A stretch of DNA of 50,455 bases. Source: Macrostomum lignano. Taxonomy: Eukaryota. This document shows, piece after piece, positions 34,201-49,200 of the stretch (its first letter is position 1; every line of letters begins with the position of its first letter). The position numbers were made by a program, and so were the translations under genes. The notes below the pieces were generated by a model, which saw only the letters and a program-made list of their open reading frames with translations, ran no database searches and had not been told where the DNA came from. The stretch spans positions 1 through 50,455 of the forward strand of contig NIVC01004326.1 in the NCBI GenBank assembly GCA_002269645.1, given 5' to 3'.

Positions 34201-37200
34201 GGCTTCTAAGGATGGTTGTGATGGCTTCTAAGGATATGGTTGTGATGGCTTCTAAGGATATGGTTGTGATGGCTTCTAAGGATATGGTTGTGATGGCTTC
34301 TAAGGATATGGTTGTGATGGCTTCTAAGGATGGTTGTGATGGCTTCTAAGGATATGGTTGTGATGGCTTCTAAGGATATGGTTGTGATGGCTTCTAAGGA
34401 TGTGGTTGTGATGGCTTCTAAGGATGGTTGTGATGGCTTCTAAGGATGTGGTTGTGATGGCTTCTAAGGATGTGGTTGTGATGGCTTCTAAGGATGTGGT
34501 TGTGATGGCTTCTAAGGATATGGTTGTGATGGCTTCTAAGGATATGGTTGTGATGGCTTCTAAGGATATGGTTGTGATGGCTTCTAAGGATATGGTTGTG
34601 ATGGCTTCTAAGGATATGGTTGTGATGGCTTCTAAGGGATGTGGTTGTGATGGCTTCTAAGGATATGGTTGTGATGGCTTCTAAGGATATGGTTGTGATG
34701 GCTTCTAAGGATATGGTTGTGATGGCTTCTAAGGATATGGTTGTGATGGCTTCTAAGGATATGGTTGTGATGGCTTCTAAGGATATGGTTGTGATGGCTT
34801 CTAAGGATATGGTTGTGATGGCTTCTAAGGATGGTTGTGATGGCTTCTAAGGATATGGTTGTGATGGCTTCTAAGGATATGGTTGTGATGGCTTCTAAGG
34901 ATATGGTTGTGATGGCTTCTAAGGATATGGTTGTGATGGCTTCTAAGGATATGGTTGTGATGGCTTCTAAGGATATGGTTGTGATGGCTTCTAAGGATAT
35001 GGTTGTGATGGCTTCTAAGGATGTGGTTGTGATGGCTTCTAAGGATGGTTGTGATGGCTTCTAAGGATGTGGTTGTGATGGCTTCTAAGGATGTGGTTGT
35101 GATGGCTTCTAAGGATGTGGTTGTGATGGCTTCTAAGGATGTGGTTGTGATGGCTTCTAAGGATATGGTTGTGATGGCTTCTAAGGATGTGGTTGTGATG
35201 GCTTCTAAGGATGTGGTTGTGATGGCTTCTAAGGATGTGGTTGTGATGGCTTCTAAGGATGTGGTTGTGATGGCTTCTAAGGATGTGGTTGTGATGGCTT
35301 CTAAGGATGTGGTTGTGATGGCTTCTAAGGATGTGGTTGTGATGGCTTCTAAGGATATGGTTGTGATGGCTTCTAAGGATGTGGTTGTGATGGCTTCTAA
35401 GGATATGGTTGTGATGGCTTCTAAGGATGTGGTTGTGATGGCTTCTAAGGATATGGTTGTGATGGCTTCTAAGGATATGGTTGTGATGGCTTCTAAGGAT
35501 ATGGTTGTGATGGCTTCTAAGGATATGGTTGTGATGGCTTCTAAGGATATGGTTGTGATGGCTTCTAAGGATATGGTTGTGATGGCTTCTAAGGATATGG
35601 TTGTGATGGCTTCTAAGGATATGGTTGTGATGGCTTCTAAGGATGTGGTTGTGATGGCTTCTAAGGATGTGGTTGTGATGGCTTCTAAGGATGTGGTTGT
35701 GATGGCTTCTAAGGATGTGGTTGTGATGGCTTCTAAGGATGTGGTTGTGATGGCTTCTAAGGATATGGTTGTGATGGCTTCTAAGGATATGGTTGTGATG
35801 GCTTCTAAGGATGTGGTTGTGATGGCTTCTAAGGATGTGGTTGTGATGGCTTCTAAGGATGTGGTTGTGATGGCTTCTAAGGATGTGGTTGTGATGGCTT
35901 CTAAGGATGTGGTTGTGATGGCTTCTAAGGATGTGGTTGTGATGGCTTCTAAGGATGTGGTTGTGATGGCTTCTAAGGATATGGTTGTGATGGCTTCTAA
36001 GGATATGGTTGTGATGGCTTCTAAGGATATGGTTGTGATGGCTTCTAAGGATATGGTTGTGATGGCTTCTAAGGATATGGTTGTGATGGCTTCTAAGGAT
36101 ATGGTTGTGATGGCTTCTAAGGATATGGTTGTGATGGCTTCTAAGGATATGGTTGTGATGGCTTCTAAGGATATGGTTGTGATGGCTTCTAAGGATATGG
36201 TTGTGATGGCTTCTAAGGATATGGTTGTGATGGCTTCTAAGGATATGGTTGTGATGGCTTCTAAGGATATGGTTGTGATGGCTTCTAAGGATATGGTTGT
36301 GATGGCTTCTAAGGATATGGTTGTGATGGCTTCTAAGGATATGGTTGTGATGGCTTCTAAGGATATGGTTGTGATGGCTTCTAAGGATATGGTTGTGATG
36401 GCTTCTAAGGATATGGTTGTGATGGCTTCTAAGGATATGGTTGTGATGGCTTCTAAGGATATGGTTGTGATGGCTTCTAAGGATATGGTTGTGATGGCTT
36501 CTAAGGATATGGTTGTGATGGCTTCTAAGGATATGGTTGTGATGGCTTCTAAGGATATGGTTGTGATGGCTTCTAAGGATATGGTTGTGATGGCTTCTAA
36601 GGATGTGGTTGTGATGGCTTCTAAGGATATGGTTGTGATGGCTTCTAAGGATATGGTTGTGATGGCTTCTAAGGATATGGTTGTGATGGCTTCTAAGGAT
36701 GTGGTTGTGATGGCTTCTAAGGATGTGGTTGTGATGGCTTCTAAGGATGTGGTTGTGATGGCTTCTAAGGATGTGGTTGTGATGGCTTCTAAGGATGTGG
36801 TTGTGATGGCTTCTAAGGATGTGGTTGTGATGGCTTCTAAGGATGTGGTTGTGATGGCTTCTAAGGATATGGTTGTGATGGCTTCTAAGGATATGGTTGT
36901 GATGGCTTCTAAGGATATGGTTGTGATGGCTTCTAAGGATATGGTTGTGATGGCTTCTAAGGATATGGTTGTGATGGCTTCTAAGGATATGGTTGTGATG
37001 GCTTCTAAGGATATGGTTGTGATGGCTTCTAAGGATATGGTTGTGATGGCTTCTAAGGATATGGTTGTGATGGCTTCTAAGGATATGGTTGTGATGGCTT
37101 CTAAGGATATGGTTGTGATGGCTTCTAAGGATATGGTTGTGATGGCTTCTAAGGATATGGTTGTGATGGCTTCTAAGGATATGGTTGTGATGGCTTCTAA

Positions 37201-40200
37201 GGATATGGTTGTGATGGCTTCTAAGGATATGGTTGTGATGGCTTCTAAGGATATGGTTGTGATGGCTTCTAAGGATATGGTTGTGATGGCTTCTAAGGAT
37301 ATGGTTGTGATGGCTTCTAAGGATATGGTTGTGATGGCTTCTAAGGATATGGTTGTGATGGCTTCTAAGGATATGGTTGTGATGGCTTCTAAGGATATGG
37401 TTGTGATGGCTTCTAAGGATATGGTTGTGATGGCTTCTAAGGATATGGTTGTGATGGCTTCTAAGGATATGGTTGTGATGGCTTCTAAGGATATGGTTGT
37501 GATGGCTTCTAAGGATATGGTTGTGATGGCTTCTAAGGATATGGTTGTGATGGCTTCTAAGGATATGGTTGTGATGGCTTCTAAGGATATGGTTGTGATG
37601 GCTTCTAAGGATATGGTTGTGATGGCTTCTAAGGATATGGTTGTGATGGCTTCTAAGGATATGGTTGTGATGGCTTCTAAGGATATGGTTGTGATGGCTT
37701 CTAAGGATATGGTTGTGATGGCTTCTAAGGATATGGTTGTGATGGCTTCTAAGGATATGGTTGTGATGGCTTCTAAGGATGTGGTTGTGATGGCTTCTAA
37801 GGATATGGTTGTGATGGCTTCTAAGGATATGGTTGTGATGGCTTCTAAGGATATGGTTGTGATGGCTTCTAAGGATATGGTTGTGATGGCTTCTAAGGAT
37901 GTGGTTGTGATGGCTTCTAAGGATATGGTTGTGATGGCTTCTAAGGATATGGTTGTGATGGCTTCTAAGGATATGGTTGTGATGGCTTCTAAGGATATGG
38001 TTGTGATGGCTTCTAAGGATATGGTTGTGATGGCTTCTAAGGATATGGTTGTGATGGCTTCTAAGGATATGGTTGTGATGGCTTCTAAGGATATGGTTGT
38101 GATGGCTTCTAAGGATATGGTTGTGATGGCTTCTAAGGATATGGTTGTGATGGCTTCTAAGGATATGGTTGTGATGGCTTCTAAGGATATGGTTGTGATG
38201 GCTTCTAAGGATATGGTTGTGATGGCTTCTAAGGATATGGTTGTGATGGCTTCTAAGGATGGTTGTGATGGCTTCTAAGGATATGGTTGTGATGGCTTCT
38301 AAGGATATGGTTGTGATGGCTTCTAAGGATATGGTTGTGATGGCTTCTAAGGATGGTTGTGATGGCTTCTAAGGATGTGGTTGTGATGGCTTCTAAGGAT
38401 GTGGTTGTGATGGCTTCTAAGGATGTGGTTGTGATGGCTTCTAAGGATGTGGTTGTGATGGCTTCTAAGGATATGGTTGTGATGGCTTCTAAGGATGTGG
38501 TTGTGATGGCTTCTAAGGATGTGTTGTGATGGCTTCTAAGGATGTGGTTGTGATGGCTTCTAAGGATGTGGTTGTGATGGCTTCTAAGGATGTGGTTGTG
38601 ATGGCTTCTAAGGATGTGGTTGTGATGGCTTCTAAGGATGTGGTTGTGATGGCTTCTAAGGATATGGTTGTGATGGCTTCTAAGGATATGGTTGTGATGG
38701 CTTCTAAGGATATGGTTGTGATGGCTTCTAAGGATATGGTTGTGATGGCTTCTAAGGATATGGTTGTGATGGCTTCTAAGGATATGGTTGTGATGGCTTC
38801 TAAGGATATGGTTGTGATGGCTTCTAAGGATATGGTTGTGATGGCTTCTAAGGATATGGTTGTGATGGCTTCTAAGGATATGGTTGTGATGGCTTCTAAG
38901 GATATGGTTGTGATGGCTTCTAAGGATATGGTTGTGATGGCTTCTAAGGATATGGTTGTGATGGCTTCTAAGGATGTGGTTGTGATGGCTTCTAAGGATA
39001 TGGTTGTGATGGCTTCTAAGGATATGGTTGTGATGGCTTCTAAGGATGTGGTTGTGATGGCTTCTAAGGATATGGTTGTGATGGCTTCTAAGGATATGGT
39101 TGTGATGGCTTCTAAGGATGTGGTTGTGATGGCTTCTAAGGATATGGTTGTGATGGCTTCTAAGGATATGGTTGTGATGGCTTCTAAGGATGTGGTTGTG
39201 ATGGCTTCTAAGGATATGGTTGTGATGGCTTCTAAGGATATGGTTGTGATGGCTTCTAAGGATATGGTTGTGATGGCTTCTAAGGATATGGTTGTGATGG
39301 CTTCTAAGGATATGGTTGTGATGGCTTCTAAGGATATGGTTGTGATGGCTTCTAAGGATATGGTTGTGATGGCTTCTAAGGATATGGTTGTGATGGCTTC
39401 TAAGGATATGGTTGTGATGGCTTCTAAGGATATGGTTGTGATGGCTTCTAAGGATATGGTTGTGATGGCTTCTAAGGATATGGTTGTGATGGCTTCTAAG
39501 GATATGGTTGTGATGGCTTCTAAGGATATGGTTGTGATGGCTTCTAAGGATATGGTTGTGATGGCTTCTAAGGATATGGTTGTGATGGCTTCTAAGGATA
39601 TGGTTGTGATGGCTTCTAAGGATATGGTTGTGATGGCTTCTAAGGATATGGTTGTGATGGCTTCTAAGGATATGGTTGTGATGGCTTCTAAGGATATGGT
39701 TGTGATGGCTTCTAAGGATATGGTTGTGATGGCTTCTAAGGATATGGTTGTGATGGCTTCTAAGGATATGGTTGTGATGGCTTCTAAGGATATGGTTGTG
39801 ATGGCTTCTAAGGATATGGTTGTGATGGCTTCTAAGGATATGGTTGTGATGGCTTCTAAGGATATGGTTGTGATGGCTTCTAAGGATATGGTTGTGATGG
39901 CTTCTAAGGATATGGTTGTGATGGCTTCTAAGGATATGGTTGTGATGGCTTCTAAGGATATGGTTGTGATGGCTTCTAAGGATATGGTTGTGATGGCTTC
40001 TAAGGATATGGTTGTGATGGCTTCTAAGGATATGGTTGTGATGGCTTCTAAGGATATGGTTGTGATGGCTTCTAAGGATATGGTTGTGATGGCTTCTAAG
40101 GATATGGTTGTGATGGCTTCTAAGGATGTGGTTGTGATGGCTTCTAAGGATGTGGTTGTGATGGCTTCTAAGGATGTGGTTGTGATGGCTTCTAAGGATG

Positions 40201-43200
40201 TGGTTGTGATGGCTTCTAAGGATATGGTTGTGATGGCTTCTAAGGATATGGTTGTGATGGCTTCTAAGGATATGGTTGTGATGGCTTCTAAGGATATGGT
40301 TGTGATGGCTTCTAAGGATATGGTTGTGATGGCTTCTAAGGATATGGTTGTGATGGCTTCTAAGGATGGTTGTGATGGCTTCTAAGGATATGGTTGTGAT
40401 GGCTTCTAAGGATGTGGTTGTGATGGCTTCTAAGGATGTGGTTGTGATGGCTTCTAAGGATGTGGTTGTGATGGCTTCTAAGGATATGGTTGTGATGGCT
40501 TCTAAGGATATGGTTGTGATGGCTTCTAAGGATATGGTTGTGATGGCTTCTAAGGATATGGTTGTGATGGCTTCTAAGGATGTGGTTGTGATGGCTTCTA
40601 AGGATGTGGTTGTGATGGCTTCTAAGGATGTGGTTGTGATGGCTTCTAAGGATGTGGTTGTGATGGCTTCTAAGGATGTGGTTGTGATGGCTTCTAAGGA
40701 TATGGTTGTGATGGCTTCTAAGGATATGGTTGTGATGGCTTCTAAGGATGTGGTTGTGATGGCTTCTAAGGATATGGTTGTGATGGCTTCTAAGGATATG
40801 GTTGTGATGGCTTCTAAGGATATGGTTGTGATGGCTTCTAAGGATATGGTTGTGATGGCTTCTAAGGATATGGTTGTGATGGCTTCTAAGGATATGGTTG
40901 TGATGGCTTCTAAGGATATGGTTGTGATGGCTTCTAAGGATATGGTTGTGATGGCTTCTAAGGATATGGTTGTGATGGCTTCTAAGGATATGGTTGTGAT
41001 GGCTTCTAAGGATATGGTTGTGATGGCTTCTAAGGATATGGTTGTGATGGCTTCTAAGGATATGGTTGTGATGGCTTCTAAGGATATGGTTGTGATGGCT
41101 TCTAAGGATATGGTTGTGATGGCTTCTAAGGATATGGTTGTGATGGCTTCTAAGGATATGGTTGTGATGGCTTCTAAGGATATGGTTGTGATGGCTTCTA
41201 AGGATATGGTTGTGATGGCTTCTAAGGATATGGTTGTGATGGCTTCTAAGGATATGGTTGTGATGGCTTCTAAGGATATGGTTGTGATGGCTTCTAAGGA
41301 TATGGTTGTGATGGCTTCTAAGGATATGGTTGTGATGGCTTCTAAGGATATGGTTGTGATGGCTTCTAAGGATGTGGTTGTGATGGCTTCTAAGGATATG
41401 GTTGTGATGGCTTCTAAGGATATGGTTGTGATGGCTTCTAAGGATATGGTTGTGATGGCTTCTAAGGATATGGTTGTGATGGCTTCTAAGGATATGGTTG
41501 TGATGGCTTCTAAGGATATGGTTGTGATGGCTTCTAAGGATATGGTTGTGATGGCTTCTAAGGATGTGGTTGTGATGGCTTCTAAGGATATGGTTGTGAT
41601 GGCTTCTAAGGATATGGTTGTGATGGCTTCTAAGGATATGGTTGTGATGGCTTCTAAGGATATGGTTGTGATGGCTTCTAAGGATATGGTTGTGATGGCT
41701 TCTAAGGATATGGTTGTGATGGCTTCTAAGGATGTGGTTGTGATGGCTTCTAAGGATATGGTTGTGATGGCTTCTAAGGATGTGGTTGTGATGGCTTCTA
41801 AGGATATGGTTGTGATGGCTTCTAAGGATATGGTTGTGATGGCTTCTAAGGATATGGTTGTGATGGCTTCTAAGGATATGGTTGTGATGGCTTCTAAGGA
41901 TATGGTTGTGATGGCTTCTAAGGATATGGTTGTGATGGCTTCTAAGGATATGGTTGTGATGGCTTCTAAGGATATGGTTGTGATGGCTTCTAAGGATATG
42001 GTTGTGATGGCTTCTAAGGATATGGTTGTGATGGCTTCTAAGGATATGGTTGTGATGGCTTCTAAGGATATGGTTGTGATGGCTTCTAAGGATATGGTTG
42101 TGATGGCTTCTAAGGATATGGTTGTGATGGCTTCTAAGGATATGGTTGTGATGGCTTCTAAGGATATGGTTGTGATGGCTTCTAAGGATATGGTTGTGAT
42201 GGCTTCTAAGGATATGGTTGTGATGGCTTCTAAGGATATGGTTGTGATGGCTTCTAAGGATATGGTTGTGATGGCTTCTAAGGATGTGGTTGTGATGGCT
42301 TCTAAGGATATGGTTGTGATGGCTTCTAAGGATATGGTTGTGATGGCTTCTAAGGATATGGTTGTGATGGCTTCTAAGGATATGGTTGTGATGGCTTCTA
42401 AGGATATGGTTGTGATGGCTTCTAAGGATATGGTTGTGATGGCTTCTAAGGATATGGTTGTGATGGCTTCTAAGGATGTGGTTGTGATGGCTTCTAAGGA
42501 TATGGTTGTGATGGCTTCTAAGGATATGGTTGTGATGGCTTCTAAGGATATGGTTGTGATGGCTTCTAAGGATATGGTTGTGATGGCTTCTAAGGATATG
42601 GTTGTGATGGCTTCTAAGGATATGGTTGTGATGGCTTCTAAGGATGGTTGTGATGGCTTCTAAGGATATGGTTGTGATGGCTTCTAAGGATGGTTGTGAT
42701 GGCTTCTAAGGATGTGGTTGTGATGGCTTCTAAGGATGTGGTTGTGATGGCTTCTAAGGATGTGGTTGTGATGGCTTCTAAGGATGTGGTTGTGATGGCT
42801 TCTAAGGATGTGGTTGTGATGGCTTCTAAGGATGTGGTTGTGATGGCTTCTAAGGATATGGTTGTGATGGCTTCTAAGGATGTGGTTGTGATGGCTTCTA
42901 AGGATGTGGTTGTGATGGCTTCTAAGGATGTGGTTGTGATGGCTTCTAAGGATGTGGTTGTGATGGCTTCTAAGGATGTGGTTGTGATGGCTTCTAAGGA
43001 TGTTTGTGATGGCTTCTAAGGATATGGTTGTGATGGCTTCTAAGGATATGGTTGTGATGGCTTCTAAGGATGTGGTTGTGATGGCTTCTAAGGATATGGT
43101 TGTGATGGCTTCTAAGGATATGGTTGTGATGGCTTCTAAGGATATGGTTGTGATGGCTTCTAAGGATATGGTTGTGATGGCTTCTAAGGATATGGTTGTG

Positions 43201-46200
43201 ATGGCTTCTAAGGATATGGTTGTGATGGCTTCTAAGGATATGGTTGTGATGGCTTCTAAGGATATGGTTGTGATGGCTTCTAAGGATATGGTTGTGATGG
43301 CTTCTAAGGATATGGTTGTGATGGCTTCTAAGGATATGGTTGTGATGGCTTCTAAGGATATGGTTGTGATGGCTTCTAAGGATGGTTGTGATGGCTTCTA
43401 AGGATGTGGTTGTGATGGCTTCTAAGGATGGTTGTGATGGCTTCTAAGGATATGGTTGTGATGGCTTCTAAGGATATGGTTGTGATGGCTTCTAAGGATA
43501 TGGTTGTGATGGCTTCTAAGGATATGGTTGTGATGGCTTCTAAGGATATGGTTGTGATGGCTTCTAAGGATGTGGTTGTGATGGCTTCTAAGGATGTGGT
43601 TGTGATGGCTTCTAAGGATGTGGTTGTGATGGCTTCTAAGGATGTGGTTGTGATGGCTTCTAAGGATGTGGTTGTGATGGCTTCTAAGGATATGGTTGTG
43701 ATGGCTTCTAAGGATGTGGTTGTGATGGCTTCTAAGGATATGGTTGTGATGGCTTCTAAGGATGTGGTTGTGATGGCTTCTAAGGATGTGGTTGTGATGG
43801 CTTCTAAGGATGTGGTTGTGATGGCTTCTAAGGATGTGGTTGTGATGGCTTCTAAGGATGTGGTTGTGATGGCTTCTAAGGATGTGGTTGTGATGGCTTC
43901 TAAGGATATGGTTGTGATGGCTTCTAAGGATATGGTTGTGATGGCTTCTAAGGATATGGTTGTGATGGCTTCTAAGGATATGGTTGTGATGGCTTCTAAG
44001 GATATGGTTGTGATGGCTTCTAAGGATATGGTTGTGATGGCTTCTAAGGATATGGTTGTGATGGCTTCTAAGGATATGGTTCTTCTAAGGATATGGTTGT
44101 GATGGCTTCTAAGGATATGGTTGTGATGGCTTCTAAGGATGTGGTTGTGATGGCTTCTAAGGATATGGTTGTGATGGCTTCTAAGGATATGGTTGTGATG
44201 GCTTCTAAGGATGTGGTTGTGATGGCTTCTAAGGATATGGTTGTGATGGCTTCTAAGGATATGGTTGTGATGGCTTCTAAGGATATGGTTGTGATGGCTT
44301 CTAAGGATATGGTTGTGATGGCTTCTAAGGATATGGTTGTGATGGCTTCTAAGGATATGGTTGTGATGGCTTCTAAGGATATGGTTGTGATGGCTTCTAA
44401 GGATATGGTTGTGATGGCTTCTAAGGATATGGTTGTGATGGCTTCTAAGGATATGGTTGTGATGGCTTCTAAGGATATGGTTGTGATGGCTTCTAAGGAT
44501 ATGGTTGTGATGGCTTCTAAGGATATGGTTGTGATGGCTTCTAAGGATGTGGTTGTGATGGCTTCTAAGGATATGGTTGTGATGGCTTCTAAGGATATGG
44601 TTGTGATGGCTTCTAAGGATATGGTTGTGATGGCTTCTAAGGATATGGTTGTGATGGCTTCTAAGGATATGGTTGTGATGGCTTCTAAGGATATGGTTGT
44701 GATGGCTTCTAAGGATATGGTTGTGATGGCTTCTAAGGATGTGGTTGTGATGGCTTCTAAGGATGGTTGTGATGGCTTCTAAGGATGTGGTTGTGATGGC
44801 TTCTAAGGATGTGGTTGTGATGGCTTCTAAGGATGTGGTTGTGATGGCTTCTAAGGATGTGGTTGTGATGGCTTCTAAGGATATGGTTGTGATGGCTTCT
44901 AAGGATGTGGTTGTGATGGCTTCTAAGGATGTGGTTGTGATGGCTTCTAAGGAGTGGTTGTGATGGCTTCTAAGGATGTGGTTGTGATGGCTTCTAAGGA
45001 TGTGGTTGTGATGGCTTCTAAGGATGTGGTTGTGATGGCTTCTAAGGATGTGGTTGTGATGGCTTCTAAGGATATGGTTGTGATGGCTTCTAAGGATGTG
45101 GTTGTGATGGCTTCTAAGGATATGGTTGTGATGGCTTCTAAGGATGTGGTTGTGATGGCTTCTAAGGATATGGTTGTGATGGCTTCTAAGGATATGGTTG
45201 TGATGGCTTCTAAGGATATGGTTGTGATGGCTTCTAAGGATATGGTTGTGATGGCTTCTAAGGATATGGTTGTGATGGCTTCTAAGGATGGTTGTGATGG
45301 CTTCTAAGGATATGGTTGTGATGGCTTCTAAGGATATGGTTGTGATGGCTTCTAAGGATATGGTTGTGATGGCTTCTAAGGATATGGTTGTGATGGCTTC
45401 TAAGGATATGGTTGTGATGGCTTCTAAGGATATGGTTGTGATGGCTTCTAAGGATATGGTTGTGATGGCTTCTAAGGATATGGTTGTGATGGCTTCTAAG
45501 GATATGGTTGTGATGGCTTCTAAGGATATGGTTGTGATGGCTTCTAAGGATATGGTTGTGATGGCTTCTAAGGATATGGTTGTGATGGCTTCTAAGGATA
45601 TGGTTGTGATGGCTTCTAAGGATATGGTTGTGATGGCTTCTAAGGATATGGTTGTGATGGCTTCTAAGGATATGGTTGTGATGGCTTCTAAGGATATGGT
45701 TGTGATGGCTTCTAAGGATATGGTTGTGATGGCTTCTAAGGATATGGTTGTGATGGCTTCTAAGGATATGGTTGTGATGGCTTCTAAGGATATGGTTGTG
45801 ATGGCTTCTAAGGATATGGTTGTGATGGCTTCTAAGGATATGGTTGTGATGGCTTCTAAGGATATGGTTGTGATGGCTTCTAAGGATGTGGTTGTGATGG
45901 CTTCTAAGGATGGTTGTGATGGCTTCTAAGGATGTGGTTGTGATGGCTTCTAAGGATGTGGTTGTGATGGCTTCTAAGGATGTGGTTGTGATGGCTTCTA
46001 AGGATGTGGTTGTGATGGCTTCTAAGGATATGGTTGTGATGGCTTCTAAGGATGTGGTTGTGATGGCTTCTAAGGATGTGGTTGTGATGGCTTCTAAGGA
46101 TGTGGTTGTGATGGCTTCTAAGGATGTGGTTGTGATGGCTTCTAAGGATGGTTGTGATGGCTTCTAAGGATGTGGTTGTGATGGCTTCTAAGGATGTGGT

Positions 46201-49200
46201 TGTGATGGCTTCTAAGGATGTGGTTGTGATGGCTTCTAAGGATGTGGTTGTGATGGCTTCTAAGGATATGGTTGTGATGGCTTCTAAGGATGTGGTTGTG
46301 ATGGCTTCTAAGGATATGGTTGTGATGGCTTCTAAGGATATGGTTGTGATGGCTTCTAAGGATATGGTTGTGATGGCTTCTAAGGATATGGTTGTGATGG
46401 CTTCTAAGGATATGGTTGTGATGGCTTCTAAGGATATGGTTGTGATGGCTTCTAAGGATATGGTTGTGATGGCTTCTAAGGATATGGTTGTGATGGCTTC
46501 TAAGGATGTGGTTGTGATGGCTTCTAAGGATATGGTTGTGATGGCTTCTAAGGATATGGTTGTGATGGCTTCTAAGGATGTGGTTGTGATGGCTTCTAAG
46601 GATATGGTTGTGATGGCTTCTAAGGATATGGTTGTGATGGCTTCTAAGGATGGTTGTGATGGCTTCTAAGGATGTGGTTGTGATGGCTTCTAAGGATATG
46701 GTTGTGATGGCTTCTAAGGATGTGGTTGTGATGGCTTCTAAGGATATGGTTGTGATGGCTTCTAAGGATATGGTTGTGATGGCTTCTAAGGATGTGGTTG
46801 TGATGGCTTCTAAGGATGGTTGTGATGGCTTCTAAGGATGTGGTTGTGATGGCTTCTAAGGATGTGGTTGTGATGGCTTCTAAGGATGTGGTTGTGATGG
46901 CTTCTAAGGATATGGTTGTGATGGCTTCTAAGGATATGGTTGTGATGGCTTCTAAGGATGTGGTTGTGATGGCTTCTAAGGATATGGTTGTGATGGCTTC
47001 TAAGGATATGGTTGTGATGGCTTCTAAGGATGTGGTTGTGATGGCTTCTAAGGATGTGGTTGTGATGGCTTCTAAGGATGTGGTTGTGATGGCTTCTAAG
47101 GATGTGGTTGTGATGGCTTCTAAGGATATGGTTGTGATGGCTTCTAAGGATATGGTTGTGATGGCTTCTAAGGATATGGTTGTGATGGCTTCTAAGGATA
47201 TGGTTGTGATGGCTTCTAAGGATATGGTTGTGATGGCTTCTAAGGATATGGTTGTGATGGCTTCTAAGGATATGGTTGTGATGGCTTCTAAGGATATGGT
47301 TGTGATGGCTTCTAAGGATATGGTTGTGATGGCTTCTAAGGATATGGTTGTGATGGCTTCTAAGGATGTGGTTGTGATGGCTTCTAAGGATATGGTTGTG
47401 ATGGCTTCTAAGGATATGGTTGTGATGGCTTCTAAGGATGTGGTTGTGATGGCTTCTAAGGATATGGTTGTGATGGCTTCTAAGGATATGGTTGTGATGG
47501 CTTCTAAGGATATGGTTGTGATGGCTTCTAAGGATATGGTTGTGATGGCTTCTAAGGATATGGTTGTGATGGCTTCTAAGGATGTGGTTGTGATGGCTTC
47601 TAAGGATATGGTTGTGATGGCTTCTAAGGATATGGTTGTGATGGCTTCTAAGGATATGGTTGTGATGGCTTCTAAGGATATGGTTGTGATGGCTTCTAAG
47701 GATATGGTTGTGATGGCTTCTAAGGATATGGTTGTGATGGCTTCTAAGGATATGGTTGTGATGGCTTCTAAGGAGTGGTTGTGATGGCTTCTAAGGATAT
47801 GGTTGTGATGGCTTCTAAGGATATGGTTGTGATGGCTTCTAAGGATATGGTTGTGATGGCTTCTAAGGATATGGTTGTGATGGCTTCTAAGGATGTGGTT
47901 GTGATGGCTTCTAAGGATATGGTTGTGATGGCTTCTAAGGATATGGTTGTGATGGCTTCTAAGGATGTGGTTGTGATGGCTTCTAAGGATGGTTGTGATG
48001 GCTTCTAAGGATGTGGTTGTGATGGCTTCTAAGGATGTGGTTGTGATGGCTTCTACGGATGTGGTTGTGATGGCTTCTAAGGATGTGGTTGTGATGGCTT
48101 CTAAGGATGTGGTTGTGATGGCTTCTAAGGATGTGGTTGTGATGGCTTCTAAGGATGTGGTTGTGATGGCTTCTAAGGATGTGGTTGTGATGGCTTCTAA
48201 GGATGTGGTTGTGATGGCTTCTACGGATGTGGTTGTGATGGCTTCTACGGATGTGGTTGTGATGGCTTCTAAGGATGTGGTTGTGATGGCTTCTAAGGAT
48301 ATGGTTGTGATGGCTTCTAAGGATGTGGTTGTGATGGCTTCTAAGGATGTGGTTGTGATGGCTTCTAAGGATGTGGTTGTGATGGCTTCTAAGGATGTGG
48401 TTGTGATGGCTTCTAAGGATATGGTTGTGATGGCTTCTAAGGATGTGGTTGTGATGGCTTCTAAGGATATGGTTGTGATGGCTTCTAAGGATATGGTTGT
48501 GATGGCTTCTAAGGATATGGTTGTGATGGCTTCTAAGGATATGGTTGTGATGGCTTCTAAGGATATGGTTGTGATGGCTTCTAAGGATGGTTGTGATGGC
48601 TTCTAAGGATATGGTTGTGATGGCTTCTAAGGGATATGGTTGTGATGGCTTCTAAGGGATATGGTTGTGATGGCTTCTAAGGATATGGTTGTGATGGCTT
48701 CTAAGGATATGGTTGTGATGGCTTCTAAGGAATGGTTGTGATGGCTTCTAAGGATATGGTTGTGATGGCTTCTAAGGGATATGGTTGTGATGGCTTCTAA
48801 GGATATGGTTGTGATGGCTTCTAAGGATATGGTTGTGATGGCTTCTAAGGATATGGTTGTGATGGCTTCTAAGGATATGGTTGTGATGGCTTCTAAGGGA
48901 TGTGGTTGTGATGGCTTCTAAGGGATATGGTTGTGATGGCTTCTAAGGATATGGTTGTGATGGCTTCTAAGGATGTGGTTGTGATGGCTTCTAAGGATGT
49001 GGTTGTGATGGCTTCTAAGGGATGTGGTTGTGATGGCTTCTAAGGGATGTGGTTGTGATGGCTTCTACGGATGTGTTTGTGATGGCTTCTAAGGATGTGG
49101 TTGTGATGGCTTCTAAGGATGTGGTTGTGATGGCTTCTAGGATGTGGTTGTGATGGCTTCTAGGATGTGGTTGTGATGGCTTCTACGGATGTGGTTGTGA